Positions 27,385-41,336 of a stretch of 64,000 nt of DNA are shown one piece after another (position 1 is the stretch's first letter; each line of letters opens with the position of its first letter). The notes below the pieces were generated by a model that saw nothing but the letters and a program-made list of their open reading frames with translations, made no database searches and was not told the origin of the DNA. The position numbers and the translations under genes were made by a program. Source of the DNA: Octopus vulgaris (taxonomy: Eukaryota); the NCBI GenBank assembly GCA_951406725.2, contig OX597819.1, forward strand, positions 109,740,001 through 109,804,000, in the 5' to 3' direction.

Positions 27385-27745
27385 ATGCCTCAGACCCTGC
27401 CTCAGTAAAGCAGGACTCAAGAGTCATCTTCGTAGTCATAAAGCGAGACAGACGAGTGACGACCTGGCCACTGGTGGTAGTGTAACACACCATACTAATC
27501 ATATCTGTCGGGCATGTGGAAGAGAGTGTAATTCGGCAGGAGGACTTAAACGACATGCAAAGGTACATGAAGCCCAGTTACAACTACAGCCGGCTAATAC
27601 AGGTAAAGGTAATAGTTGCCAATTCTGTACAAGACATTGTAGATCTTTAGCTGGGCTAAAAAGTCACATTCGATCACAGCACCAGTAACAGTTAAGCTTC
27701 GTGCAATGGCCGTACTCGATAACGAGGGGGCAGCCATAATGTATG
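27385..27745 (+). mobile_element. 5'-truncated RTE LINE 3' end with three C2H2 fingers, in (TGTA)n
   Basis: CLRPCLSKAGLKSHLRSH / CRACGRECNSAGGLKRHAKVH / CQFCTRHCRSLAGLKSHIRSQH, then short 3'UTR and tgta tail. Confidence 0.8.
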
Positions 27746-28486
27746 CATGTATGTATAGAAAGAAAAGAATGTGGATATGTGTATATATACATACACACAT
27801 TCATACTTACATTTATATACGTATGTGTGCATTTACATCTAAAGAGAGAAAAAGAGAGAGACAGAGAAGAACCAGCTTACTAAGCATGTAAGATGTCTTA
27901 AACTGCCTCTTATTTCGGCCAATGGTCAGCAGTTAAATCGTTACAGAACTGACCTCGGTAGGATTTGAACTTAGAACATAAAGCTTAGGAACAAATGCTG
28001 CAGGGTATGTTGCCTCACGTTCTAATGATTGTGCCAACCCAATGACTGTTCTGGCATGTAACACGAACACCATCGTTACCTGATAATCATAGCATGTTTG
28101 ATAAGTATTTGTATGCTGTTTCTCTATCTGTCTCTCCCTCTCTCTCTTTCTCTGAATCCCACTCTCTGCCTGTTTTCTCTCTCTCTCTCCCTCCCACTCT
28201 CTGCCTGCTTTCTCCCTCCCCCCTCCCCCTCCCCCTCCCTCTCTCCTTCCCCTCTCCCTTCCTTCTATCCCCTCCCTCCCCTCTCCTCCCTCCATCTCCA
28301 TCCCTCCTTCCTCCATCTCCCTCCCTCTCCCCCATCTCCCTCCCTCACTGAATCCCACTGTCTGTCTGTTCTATCTCTTTCTCTCTCTTCGTTCAGCCTA
28401 GGGAGTGGAAACAGGAACGGGGAGAAAAAGAGAAAAAGAGAAAGAGAGAGCGAAAGAGACAAAGCGAGTGAGAGTGAGCGAGTGTA

Positions 28487-28519
<33 letters not shown>

Positions 28520-28939
28520 GTGAGGGAGCGTGAGAGAGAGAAAGAGACAAAGCCAATGAGAGTGAGTGAGAAAGATAGCGAGAGAGGATGTCGTGGGAAA
28601 GGACACAGAGCGATAGACTACGGTTTTGTCACAGGGATCTATTTACCTTGTAAGTTTGAACATACTCTTATTAAGCGCATGCGTGTAAACTTATTAGCTA
28701 TTATGTATGTCGTTATTATCATCTATCTCATTGTCTCTCATTCTCTGGCTAAACAAACACACACACACTCACACACACACACACACACACACACACATTT
28801 GTCAACCCATTTAACTAAATACTTACCTGCCTAGCTACGTACCTAGTTACCTGTCTACTTACCCACCTACGTATGTATGTACATACGTAACTACTTACCT
28901 ACCATCCTACCATTCTACCATCCTGCCATTCTACCATCC

Positions 28940-29111
28940 TACCTACCTACTTACCTACCTACCCACCCACTTACCTACCCACCTACCTACCTACCTACCT
29001 ACCTACCTACCTACCTACCTACCTACCTACCTACCTACCTACATACCTACCTACCTACCTACATGCCTATGTATGTATGTATGTATGTATGTATGTATGT
29101 ATGTATGTATG

Positions 29112-29176
<65 letters not shown>

Positions 29177-29180
29177 GTCT
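28940..29180. repeat. Compound (CCTA)n-(TGTA)n-(TCTA)n microsatellite
   Basis: Directly visible. Confidence 0.95.
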
Positions 29181-29787
29181 TTCTACACATCCACTCCCCC
29201 CCCCCATGTGCCTTGTCGATAACCAGATTTTATTTTCTGTCAATTTATCGACGAAAACACTATAAAGGTACCATAGAATGTATCGTCTTGGAAACAGCTG
29301 GAAATCTGAAAGAAACCGATTAAGCGGAAACACAACGCTTGTCGTATGTAAACTGTGTTTATATTGAGGATTTGTGTAGTGGTTAAACTGCCATACAATC
29401 AAAAGTAAAAATAAATATATCACTAAAGAGAAGAGAAATCTCTTTCTCTACCTATCTGTTTCTCTGTTTCTCTGCCTCTCTCTGTGCCCCCCTCTCTCTA
29501 TCTATACATACGTTTCTTTTCGTCCATCCGATTTCTCCTCTCACCTCACCTCTCTTTATATACCTGTATATGTATGAGCGTGCGCGTGTATGCGTGTGTA
29601 TGTGTGCATATATTTATGCATTTTTAAACTCACGCATATATCAGCGTAATTATCTCTATCGATTTGTCTCCTCTGGTCCCTTCCTACCTCTTTCTGTGTG
29701 TTTGTATATATATATAGTTCAAATTTACAGAAAAGAAGAGATTGTCCGATGTGATATATATATATATATATATATATATCTCACATC

Positions 29788-31020
29788 GGACACACTTAGA
29801 CAATGCTAAGCTGGTCTAGTTCGCATAGCTGGGAATGCGCTGACTGCGTGGATTAGTTAACCAAACACAATAGTGCACTGCGCACCGTTTATATTTATAT
29901 TTCGAAATTTACTATAGGCGTTTTCATAGACGTTCTATTTAACCTCTTTCTGAAAGTATCCATATTTGTTACACTTTAAGTTTTATCTCTCAAAGGGTAG
30001 AGAAAGGATTTAACCTGACTACTTTTTAATCTTGTTAGAATTTCATCGAGGAAAGATTACCTGTCTTATCTATGTAGAGGTTTTTCGCTTATAACAATTT
30101 AATGCTTATATAAAATCGGATGCCGCTAAACTGGCGTGTCCAATTTGCACAAAAGTGCATGCGATGACAACGTGGTTTAATCAATAAATAGCACATTACA
30201 TAGCGTTTTAGATATACCTTTTAAAATATACCTACAGCTATGTAGCCTTGCTATGAAGGATAAACAAAGGGACTACACAACAGGTTTTATGTTTATGTGG
30301 GTAGAAAACAAACCGATTTGTTTAGTTTCTGGATTTAATAGAACGTCATCAGAGAAAGTTTAAACAGGATCTATCCACAATATGATTATTAGTTTATAGC
30401 TATTTATAATGTATAAGTTGGGCAGAGCTAAACTAGTCAAATGAATGACTTTTTCTGTGCACAGAAAGATAAAATAAAAATGTAACCATTCTATTTTTCT
30501 CAAAGAAACTAAACTGTATACTTCTGAAAAAGGGATACCATACGTTTCAAATCATATGAAAATACTCTGTTAATCATTTAATTAGTTAGTTAATACGAGG
30601 TTAGAGCATGCACTGTTTTTCAAACGAGACAGGCTAGCTTAGCACTTTTCGAATTTGTATATACATTAAATCGCTGTAATCTAATAACTACGCCATAGTC
30701 AGTAGCTGAATAAACTTTCTCTGCCGAAAGTCTAGCATCATCAGAAACGTATCTGATTGATCCTACTTTTTCTGCCACAGCAAGATAAAACTTGTAACTT
30801 ATTTGATAGTTTTTCACAGATAGCTTTAAAATATTAAAAATACCTGCAATTTCATATTGCACGAGGAAGACAGAGACGAAGGGAGAAAGAGAGAGAGGGC
30901 GAGAGAGAGAGAGAGTGTATGTGTGTATTGCATGGTGCACTATTAATTGATTAATTTATCCACGTTGTTTGAGCTTGTGGTGTTATGCAAATTAGACAAG
31001 CCAGCGTAGTAGTTCTGTCC
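29788..31020. mobile_element. Old non-autonomous DNA element with ~90-100 bp diverged terminal inverted repeats (TIRs)
   Basis: gtctagttcgcatag..cgtggattagttaaccaa..atagtgcac (29815-29880) versus reverse complement of 30930-31010, gtctaatttgcataac..cgtggataaattaatcaa..atagtgcac. Confidence 0.55.
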
Positions 31021-31387
31021 TAGTTTGTATACACAATGAAAGAAATCACTAAAAAAGCCAAAAGCTTATGTAAGATTATAGAGCTCATCGGTAGATCGGA
31101 AGCAAGAGCAGACGAAATCCAAGAGGATGTTTGTGCATTGAATTCAGGAGTTTTGAAAGCCACCACTTTTATTTCTCAAACAATCTAGTTCACCTTGTCA
31201 ATTGATATTGAAGAATATAAATAACTCAACGAACCTGCGAGACTTCTGCACTCATGCACATTTATACTCAAGCATTATAGACATGCATACGTGCATGTGC
31301 GTGCGTGTATGTGAGCTTGCCTTGCGTATGTGTGTGCGTATGTGCGTGTGTATGTGTGCGTACATGCGTGAGTGTGTATGTGTGTAT

Positions 31388-33403
31388 ATATGGTGGTTGT
31401 CTACTCCTTATGCAGAGTTTGACCACCTCCTGTACCTTCACCATAGCACCATCATGGCATCTGACGTAGCTTTTTAAACCAGACAAAGTTCTGAAAAGAC
31501 ACCAACACAGATTGCACGTCCGATTTGGACCATCAAGAGCTGCAGATAAGTTCTGATCTTTGTGGATCTTAAAATATCTTTTGAGGCCTACGTTGGATTT
31601 GCAAACCTTCTGGCATACACTGCATTCAAAGGTATGCATAGACATATAGGCAGAATAGTTGGTGGATGTTCGTTTTCTATCGATTCGCAGATGAGATCTG
31701 AGCCCAGCAAAAGACGGGCAAGGTCTGTCATAGACTTTGCACTTAAAAAGTCCATTGTCATTCACCTTCTCGATCACTACATTCTTCCTTAGATTTCTTT
31801 TGAGTCTTACATGCGTTATCCTGGCCTCTTCAAATGTTTTCACTCCACTCCATACTTTTGTTCGCCATCCAACTCGATCTGAAGCAAGGGTTTCTATGTC
31901 TTCTGGATCCATTCCAATTGACTTCATAGTAGTCCTTATGGCGTTCTTAAACCTTTTTTTTTAGGTTTACGCCGATAGCATTTCCCCTCTGCAAGCTCAC
32001 CATAAAACAGCTGTTTCGACATGCGTTCATCTGCCATTCGAACAGTATGGCCACACCATCTCATTTGGTTTCTCAAAATCATAGCTTTAATTAGGGTGAT
32101 GCCTGCAGATGCAAGAACATCTGTGTTTGGAGTAAAAGAATTCCATTTAATTTTTAAAATGCGATGAAGGAATTTTTGGTGGAATTGTTCTACAAATTTA
32201 AAATGCTTTCATAACAAGTCCATGTTTCACAAGAATACAACAAAGATGGTAAGACAAATGATTTGTAAAGAGCCAGCTTTGTATTCTTACTTATATGCCG
32301 CTGGCACCAAACGCGTGACTCCAAACCACCAAATGCTTTTGCTGCCCTTTGAATTCGCAGTTGTATCTCTGTATCAAGATTTCCATCATTTTGAACAGAG
32401 CTTCCAAGCTAGATGAACGAATCAACAACCTCAAGTAACTTACCCTTTACAAAAATTTTAGGGGGGTTACAAATGGCTCCACACGCAGGTTGATGCACTA
32501 CAACTGTTTTTTTTTTAAGTTGATGGTCAAGCCAAAATCATCACAAGCCGAGTCAAATGCAGATACAAAAGACTGCAGACCTGTTTCAGAATGACTGATA
32601 AGATCGCAGTCGTCAGCATACACAAGTTCCCTAATGAGTGAAGTAAAAACCTTCGTGTTGAATTTCAGTCTGGTCAGATTAAAAACATTCTCTGTTGTTC
32701 GATATTTTATGTAAATACCCTCCTCAGAGTTTTGAATAGCATGTGACAACACAACAGCAAAGTATATTGCAAAGATGGTGAGTGCATCAAGGTCTCCTTG
32801 CCGTACTCCACTTTCCACTGCAAAAGATTCAGAGAGCCTACCACCAAAGTTAACTCTAGCTTTCATATCTTGATGCAAAGCCCTGCTCATGTTTAAAAAT
32901 TTTTGTGGGCAATCTATTTTCCTTAGAATTAGCTCTCTGCCCCTCTCATGGCCCGAACGCTAGAAACGTCTTTCATATGACGTTTTCTGATCAGAATATA
33001 ATCTATGAGATGCCAGTGCTTAGATCTTGGGTGCATTCAGATGGTTTTATATTTATTTTCCTGGTCATATTGGGAGATTCCAAAATATTGGTGCTAAATC
33101 ATTATAAAACTGTCCCACAGTTTCATCAGATTGGGATATTGTTGGTGCATAAATACTGACAATGGTAAGAAACCTGCCTTTTCCCCGTTTAATACGGCAT
33201 AACATGATCCGTTCAGACATACCACTTGGAACCTCTGCAATGGAAGATACTAATGTATTCTTGAGAGCAAACCAAACACCTGAATCTCTACGCTGACTCT
33301 TAGATAGGCCTCTCCAAAAGATAGTATATCCACAAGTAGGTTCACCTATTTGACCCTCACCAGTGAGACGAGTTTCAGAGAGCGCAACTATACCAAGGGA
33401 ATA

Positions 33404-33407
<4 letters not shown>
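31388..33407 (-). mobile_element. RTE-clade LINE relic (APE endonuclease, internal deletion, RT, triple C2H2 tail)
   Basis: IVALSETRL..GYTIFWRG..IVSIYAPT; GVRQGD..ELVYADDC..FGLTINLKK; three CxxC..GLxxH-type fingers in ORF 31268-31927. Confidence 0.92.
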
Positions 33408-33458
<51 letters not shown>

Positions 33459-33591
33459 TGTGTATGTGTGTGTCTATACACACACACACACATATATATA
33501 TTTAGAGAGAGACACACACACATATACACATATTTGTGTGTGTGTGTGTGTCAATATATTTATATTTATATATATAGCCCATTACTTACCA

Positions 33592-33983
33592 TTTTTTTTA
33601 CTTGTTTCAGTCATTTGACTGCGGCCATGCTGGAGCACCACCATTAATCGAACAAATCGACCCCAGAACTTATTTTTTATAAGCCCAGTACTTATTCTGT
33701 CGGTCTTTTTTGCCGAACCGGGGTCATAAGTTACAGGGTCATAAGTACACCAACATCGATTGTCAAGCGATGGAAGGGGTCAAACACAGACATACACACA
33801 CAAATACACACATACATACGACGAGTTTCTTTCAGTTTTCGTCTACCAAATCCACTCACAAGGCTTTGGTCGGCCCGAAGCTATTGCAGAAAGCGCTTTC
33901 TCCAAGGTGCTACGCAGTGGGACTGAACCCGGAACCATGTTGTTAGGAAGCAAGCTACTTACCACACAGCCACTCCTACGTCT
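33592..33983 (-). mobile_element. SINE family A
   Basis: Reverse complement of 2039-2535. Confidence 0.9.
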
Positions 33984-34486
33984 ACATACACTCTCACATA
34001 TGTATGCATGTATGTGTTGATTGCGTATGTTAACATTATTTTAAAATTCACTTCAATGCCAACTGAATCTAAAAGAGAGAAAACCGAAATAGAACATCAC
34101 CACCACCACCACCACAACCACCACCACTACTACTACCAGTACCTCATTACGTTCGTCACCACAAATACATACATGCTATGATACGAGCCAACATGGCAAC
34201 CCCTGTCTAGTCATTGGACCGTCTTGAAAAGACGGGGACATATTGGGTGATGTAGTCTTAGGTATGCAATGCCTCAGAGGAGTATAGGAATGTTATAGCT
34301 GGAGCAATTTTGATTATAGGTCTGTTCAGTCAGGACTAAGTTGGAGGCAAACAATAAAACGGTAGCATCGACGACAATGACCGCGTACCGTGATGTGAGC
34401 CAGCGTCGGATCTTTAACTTGCTAGAAATAAGAGTCAAATCTTCCTCAAATCGTACCCTTTCAAATAAAAAATAAATAATAGCTTA

Positions 34487-35119
34487 GGCGCAGGAGTGGC
34501 TGTGTTGTAAGTAGCTTGCTTAAAGGCGACGAGCTGGCAGAACCGTTAGCACGCCGGACGAAATGCGTAGCTGTATTTCGTTTGCCGTTACGTTCTGAGT
34601 TCAAATTCCGTCGAGGTCGACTTTGCCTTTCATCCTTTCGGGGTCGATAAATTAAGTACCAGTAATCGACTTAATCCATTTGTTTGTCCTTGTTTGTCCC
34701 CTCTATGTTTAGCCCTTTGTGGGCAATAAAGAAATAAGTAGCTTGCTTACCAACCAAATGGTTCCGGGTTCAGCCCCACTGTATGGCACCTTGTGCAAGT
34801 GCCTTCTACTATTGTCTCGGGTCGACCAAAGCCTTGTGAGTGGATTTGATAGACGGAAACTGAAAGAAGCCCGTCGTATATATATATATATATATATGTA
34901 TATATTTGTGTGCCTGTGTTTGTCCCACCCCCCACATCGCTTGACAATCGATGCTGGTGTCTTTACGTCCCAGTAACTTAGCGGTTCAGCAAAAGAGTTC
35001 CATAAAATAAGTACTAGGCTTACAAAGAATAAGTCCTGGGGTCGATTTGCTCGACTAAAGGCGGTGTTCCAGCATGGCCACAGTCAAATGACTGACACAA
35101 GTAAAAGAGTAAACGAGTA
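34487..35119 (+). mobile_element. SINE family A interrupted by a SINE B
   Basis: Head split after aagtagcttgctta and resumes at 34750. Confidence 0.92.
34523..34734 (+). mobile_element. SINE family B nested in SINE A, 15-bp TSD
   Basis: taagtagcttgctta at 34508-34522 and 34735-34749. Confidence 0.93.
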
Positions 35120-35361
35120 ATATAAAAGAGACCTTAGATAATGAAATTTTAATTACGTTTTAGAAGATTGGATTTTCAACGCTGTAAAAATCTTTGATCA
35201 TCGCGCTCTGTTCGATTAGCGCTGATCCTGAGCTAAACGACTACAAGAACAAAAACAAAAACAAAAACAACAGCAATTATTATTAACAACAATCACAATA
35301 TTAACAACAATCACAATAACAACGAAACAACAACAAAACAACATATACCATAAAAAAATAT

Positions 35362-35705
35362 CACGATCTCCGTTGGTTTCGACGATGAGTAATCAGTTGG
35401 TATAATCATCTGAACTACCTACTCATTAGATTAATGCGTAAGTGGCTGAGTATTCCATAGACAAACTGCATCCTTAACATAATCCTCGGGAAGAATTCGT
35501 GTGACATAGTGTTCCACCAAAGCTGCACCGTTGGGTTAGCCCGGTGTAATCCAATCATCAGGGTTCCGTTTAGTTTCCGTCAGCCCAGTATCATCGCAAA
35601 AGCATAGGTTGCCGGAAGGCTATGGAAAAATGTCCTTGTCTAAGATGTCACGCTGTTGGATCGAACCCGGAACTCGTAATTGCAAAGCTAGCTTTTTAAC
35701 TATTC
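35362..35705 (-). mobile_element. Degenerate SINE (family E-type body)
   Basis: aagtggctgagtattcca shared with 49936-50262; ggatcgaacccgg B-box. Confidence 0.6.
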
Positions 35706-35898
35706 GAGTGTATAGCTTTTTAACCATTCTACATTCAACATGCAGTTACTTGTACAAACATGTACAAATACACGCTTATAAACACTACGCATTCACACAT
35801 ACACATATACATACACTTTATCCATCAGTCTTGCCATCCAGTCTAGGCACCCCTCTACTCATCAGGCAACTCATCCATCAATCAATCCATCCATCCAT

Positions 35899-35929
<31 letters not shown>

Positions 35930-35941
35930 CCCGTCCGTCCG

Positions 35942-35974
<33 letters not shown>

Positions 35975-36202
35975 CCATCCATCCATCCATCCATCCATCC
36001 ATCCGACCACCCATCCATTTATCATTAGCCTTCGCTCCAGATATCAGTGCACATCCGAGTAACACGCTTTAAGGAAACGACTTTCGGAAGCTATTGACTT
36101 GTTCGTTTACAAATCAATCATTGCAAAAAATAAAGGGGTGGGGGGAAAGGAAAACTGAGAGAGAGAGAGAGAGAGAGAGTGTAAGAGAGGTTGAGAAGGA
36201 AG

Positions 36203-36235
<33 letters not shown>

Positions 36236-36686
36236 CGTGTGTGTGTGTGTGGGTAAGATATCAGCTATTGTACTCTAATGCTATTGTCTTCATTTGTTTC
36301 TCGAGCCAACAATAAAGATTTAACATCAGATTGGGGGGAAATACCTGATAACAAGTAGAAACACTCAAACCGTATTCAATGAAATTACGTAAGCTCGGAA
36401 CAAAACATCTCTCTCTTTTCGCCTGAACAAACAAACCCTTTCTCCCTCTCTCTTCGCATGAACAAACATCACTCACTTCCTCTCCCCGCTTTCTCACCGC
36501 CTAAACAAGTAAATTTTCTTTCCCTTTTTTTTTCGCTCCTATTCTGTTCATCAATTATCGATCTCTTGTTGGTTTTGTAAATATTTTTTCCATTTGGATT
36601 AAGCAAATATTCAGTGTTCAAACAAATTACTCTTCATGGATTTGTCTGTCTCTAAGTCAGTCAGTGTACTAGTATCTGACTTTCTC

Positions 36687-36782
<96 letters not shown>

Positions 36783-37329
36783 ATCTATTTGTCTGTCTGT
36801 CTGTCTAGTTTTAAACTGTCTATGTATAAATCAACCTACCTACCTATCTACCTACCTACCTACCTACCTACCTACCTACCTACCTACCTACCTACCTACC
36901 TACCTACCTATTCCTCCAATGTGCCTGAGCAGCATGGAATACGACTGAGTGAAGGAAATTATCGCCGATACAGAAACTGGGGCCAGACAAATACTCCTCA
37001 GAGGGGTTTTTGATGTTTCTTTTATCCTCGGTCAGTATCAAACAGCGGGGTCGGAGTAACCCTGCAGTCTGTCACCAGTCTGAAGGGCATACACTGCTAA
37101 AGTATATACCGGTAGCAAGTCAACCATTGTTGAGTATATTTACTGATGTATAGCAATAATAGCAGTGCAAAAGCGTCAACCCTGTAGAATCACTGCGATG
37201 AAAGTAAACAGATTTCATCTTATAGGGCGAGAAAGGGCAACGAATGAATGTAAAAAGAAAGAAAAGAAAACCAATTTCCAAGAGATTCTTTGGTTGTCAG
37301 CATTTTCCAATTCCCCGCCACTTTGTTTT

Positions 37330-38560
37330 TTGAATCAAAGCAGATCTAAAACCAAAGCAGCTTAACTGGGCTTCCAGTGACATACGATTGCTAGCATGGA
37401 GCTACTTCTCCAAATACTTTGATAAATCTATGCTCTAGTCTGGGGCAACCACTTCAATATCCGATGTACTGGAAATTATGACAATGGCATCATTCGCATA
37501 GACGGATACTATCCTTCCGTACATAGTTCGGATGGACAACATCTCCCCTCCTACACTTCCGATATCCATAGTAAAGGCTAAAGAGTCTCAGAGTACAGAA
37601 TTAGTGAAAAGAAACATTCTTAAACGTGTAATATCCCCTCCTCAAACGATGGAGTTAGGTGGAAATTTACTCAGGTCACACATCAGTAACCACTGTACAA
37701 TGAAGGAGTAGAGCTTCTGCACACAAAACCGAAATCGTATTTATGACAGTAACCTGGGGCGGGGGGGGATTAATGGCCGTGACCTAGTGGAGATGAATGG
37801 ATTGAACCAAATTTATCAATGCTTCATCAAAGCCTGATTTACACATAAACTTCCACGATGAATAGCATAAGTAAAAGCTTGTCTCGGAGTGATCTAGGAA
37901 TTACAATCATCAACTTCGACGACAATACAAGGGATAAATGCTAATATTTTTTTAGTACCACGACCAGCATTTTAAATGGAGTTGTTAGCTAAGGCTTAGC
38001 AACAAAATCCTTCTTCAGTAGCGTCACAAATTCCAGGCTCGTATGATTCAAAATATTCTAAATCATCTCCCAGCGGCTGTACATGGCAGCAAAAAGTGGA
38101 GAATCTACCCTACAAGTTGAAATAAATCATAAAGCGGACGGCCCAGTCGTTGTAATCTGAATAACACTCGATAACTCATGTACCTCAGATGCTATTTCAA
38201 CTTTGCACACCGCTTAAACCCTTCGGCTATAATTTGTAGAAGACAAAGCATTTATTACTCATTCGCCTCCTAAATCCTTCAGAAAAGTACTATTAAAAAG
38301 TAGTGCGAACATTTAATTCGAGACGGATAACATATACTCATTATGGTTTGTCAAAGACCGTATGGTGACTGTATTGTTATGCCCTCTTTCTGTTACTTGG
38401 ATTCGTCGAATGGCTTTCGTATTTTCGTGTCTAAGCGCTCGCACCTTTCCACAAATAATGGCGCCTTCATATCTGCGTTGCTGTCATGTTCAATAGCCAT
38501 TCATGCTGCTGCCATTTCGCCTGTGGTGTCTTTTCTAAGTTTCTTCTAGTCCAGCACTTA
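37330..38560 (-). pseudogene. Highly degenerate Tx1/L1-clade LINE ORF2 (RT)
   Basis: Minus strand: KVRALRHE..TIRSL; RSLRDKLLLM..ALINL; VSVYANDAIVIISS (YADD equivalent). Confidence 0.6.
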
Positions 38561-39829
38561 AAAATCCATAATTTCTTACTAAAACTTAGCGATTCTTAAG
38601 TTTCTACTTTGAAGCCTCAAGACAAATGGCTACGGCGGATAACGGTTAAGGAATTTAAATCGACAGATCTTTCTATAAACAAACAAAAGAGATTCCCAAA
38701 TGTAAAACTTAACAACAAAATAGCACCAGCAAACTCAACCATGGACTAGAAACAGAGGCAGACATCAATATCATCAGGATAAATAAACTAATCTATGAAG
38801 ACTTAAGCAGTCACAAAGGAAAACTGTTTGATTTTGAAGTCTTCTCATATAAGAGCATTTAAAGTGAATGAAACAAAAATAAATAACCATAAGCGATATC
38901 ACTCCCACTCTTAAACAGAAACAAAAAATGAAAATAACAGCGACGATGAGAAGACGGCGACGACGGTGGCGCTTACGACTACGACGACGACGGTGGCGCT
39001 TACGACTACGACGACGAGCAACAATAACAAATTTCAAGTGAGACAAATATTTATGGAAGCAGGGTATTTTCGACAGAATCGACCCCAGTATATAACTGCT
39101 ACTTCATAGATTGATAGATCCTGGTGGAATTCGAACTCATATGATACTGCTTCTCTTACTATTTGTTTCTCTTTCTCCCTGTCTATGTATTTCAGGAGTC
39201 ACCTTCTGTTTTTGTTCCTCCTCTTACATATTCCACTGTATTCTTTCTTTCTTTCTTTCTTTCTTTCAAACAGTTAATGAAAGATAATGAATGCTATTTG
39301 TCCCATTCTTCCATTACTACAGAGAAAATTAGCGGAGAATGCCACATGGCTGCATATAACAAGGAGTAAAGGGGAATATTATATAAATACCGCAATCACA
39401 AAGTCGGGTTCTCTACAGTCTCTTCCACTCCTCTTCTTCCCTCCAAACAACAAAAAAATATTACAACAACAACAGCGACAACGGGAAACTTAAAGGACCA
39501 CTCGATCCGCTAGACATAGCAGCCGACTCCATTCAATCTAGCTCTGTCATATCAGAAGAAGAAAGAAGGTACGTTGGATAATATAGTACTCGATGGTTTT
39601 TGCGTTTGGGGGAAAAAAAACGAGATGGTCATGGCTGGAATTCTTTTGGTGATAGGTTTACTCAATTAGGGTCGATCTAGGATTTAACAACAGGGGGAAA
39701 AAAACTAAAAATATGCAGCGATAAATCATGCGGAAACAATATCGTCAACAAAAGTAACATCAGCAGCAACAACAACAACAACAACAACAACAAAGATTGC
39801 AATTGAAGACAACGCAGCAACAATAGTAG

Positions 39830-40304
39830 TGTGGAGGCGCAATGGCCCAGTGGTTAGGGCAGCTGACTCGCGGTCGTAAGAACGGGGTTTCGATTCTCAG
39901 ACCGGGCATTGTGAGTGTTTATTGAGCTCCTAAACTCCACGAGGCTCCAGCGAAGATGAGGGTGAACCCTGCTGTACACTTTCACTACAACTTTCTCTCA
40001 CTCTTTCTTCCTACTTCTGCCACAAAGCAGAGGAACCATTGTGTAACCCACTATGGTGTGATAAACTTTCAGACCCTAGTCTAGATTGCGAATCCTCTGT
40101 ACCCAAGGATGGTTCAGCTCTCCACCCGTTAAAAGCCACCGTTTATGGAATGAGGACAACAACGTATCTTTCGCGCCCGTGCAACCGCCAGTCTATCATG
40201 TGTGGTGGGTGGATCTTCAAGTTGCCACACGCATTCTTAGTAGCTTATAGTAGGTTCGAATTAGAGATTATTCTTTGTGGCTAATGGCATGAGTCCTGAT
40301 TGGA
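39830..40304 (+). mobile_element. SINE family C with extended 3' part ending in (GAA)n
   Basis: Head matches the reverse complement of 12650-12846; different tail. Confidence 0.8.
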
Positions 40305-40947
40305 AGAAGAAGAAGAAGAAGAAGACGAAAAAGAAGAAGGAGGAGAAGAAGAAGAAAAAGAAGAAGCAGTACAAGCCGCAGCAACAGTAGAGGAAGCAGC
40401 AGGGGCGCAGCAGCAGCAGAAGGAAATAGTAAAAAGAAATAGGAAACAATGAAACAATGGACAGAATGATGTAGTTAAATACTGGAGAATAACCGCCGTA
40501 TTTGAATCTTTGACCTTTTGAAATTTCTATAGTAGTGATTCCTTACATGGACACACGATTTTAAAAGTTATGGAATGGTATAATCGATTATATCAACGCC
40601 AGGAATTGTCTTGAAATTATATATTATTGAAAACATTGTTGAAATCCTCAAAAACAAAACGAAATAAAACAAAACTTTAATTTTGGGTAAGTTAGAGACG
40701 GACACATTTACTCTCTTCCTGATTTCAGTCTTTGGGTTATGTCCCCACTGGGACACTGTCCTGAAGAGATTTAGTCTATCAAACCGACCCCGGTGCTTAT
40801 TTCAAGTTTGGTACTTATTTTCTCGATATCATTTGCCGAACCACTATGGTAGCTATATTACAGCGTCGTGGCCAAACCATCATCGGTTGTCAATGGGAGA
40901 TAGACCAACACGAAAGCACCTACTCGTACGCACACACGTATGCGCGC

Positions 40948-40983
<36 letters not shown>

Positions 40984-41096
40984 TCCATAATCATGAATCA
41001 ATAAAATATACATCCTTTTTGTCTGAGAATTCTTCAGTGACAGTAATGTATGTATGTATGTATGTATGTATGTATGCATGTATGCACATCTATCTT

Positions 41097-41176
<80 letters not shown>

Positions 41177-41292
41177 CACATACATACATATATGGAAGCA
41201 TACCTACCTACCAACCTACCTACCTACCTACTTACATATATGCTTACATACATACATACATACATACACACATACATACATACATACATACA

Positions 41293-41325
<33 letters not shown>

Positions 41326-41336
41326 GCATACATGCA

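Noticed and set aside
27182-27688. Host C2H2 zinc-finger gene
   Set aside because: The N-terminus is (TGTA)n; the fingers and 3' tail match the RTE at 31388-33407
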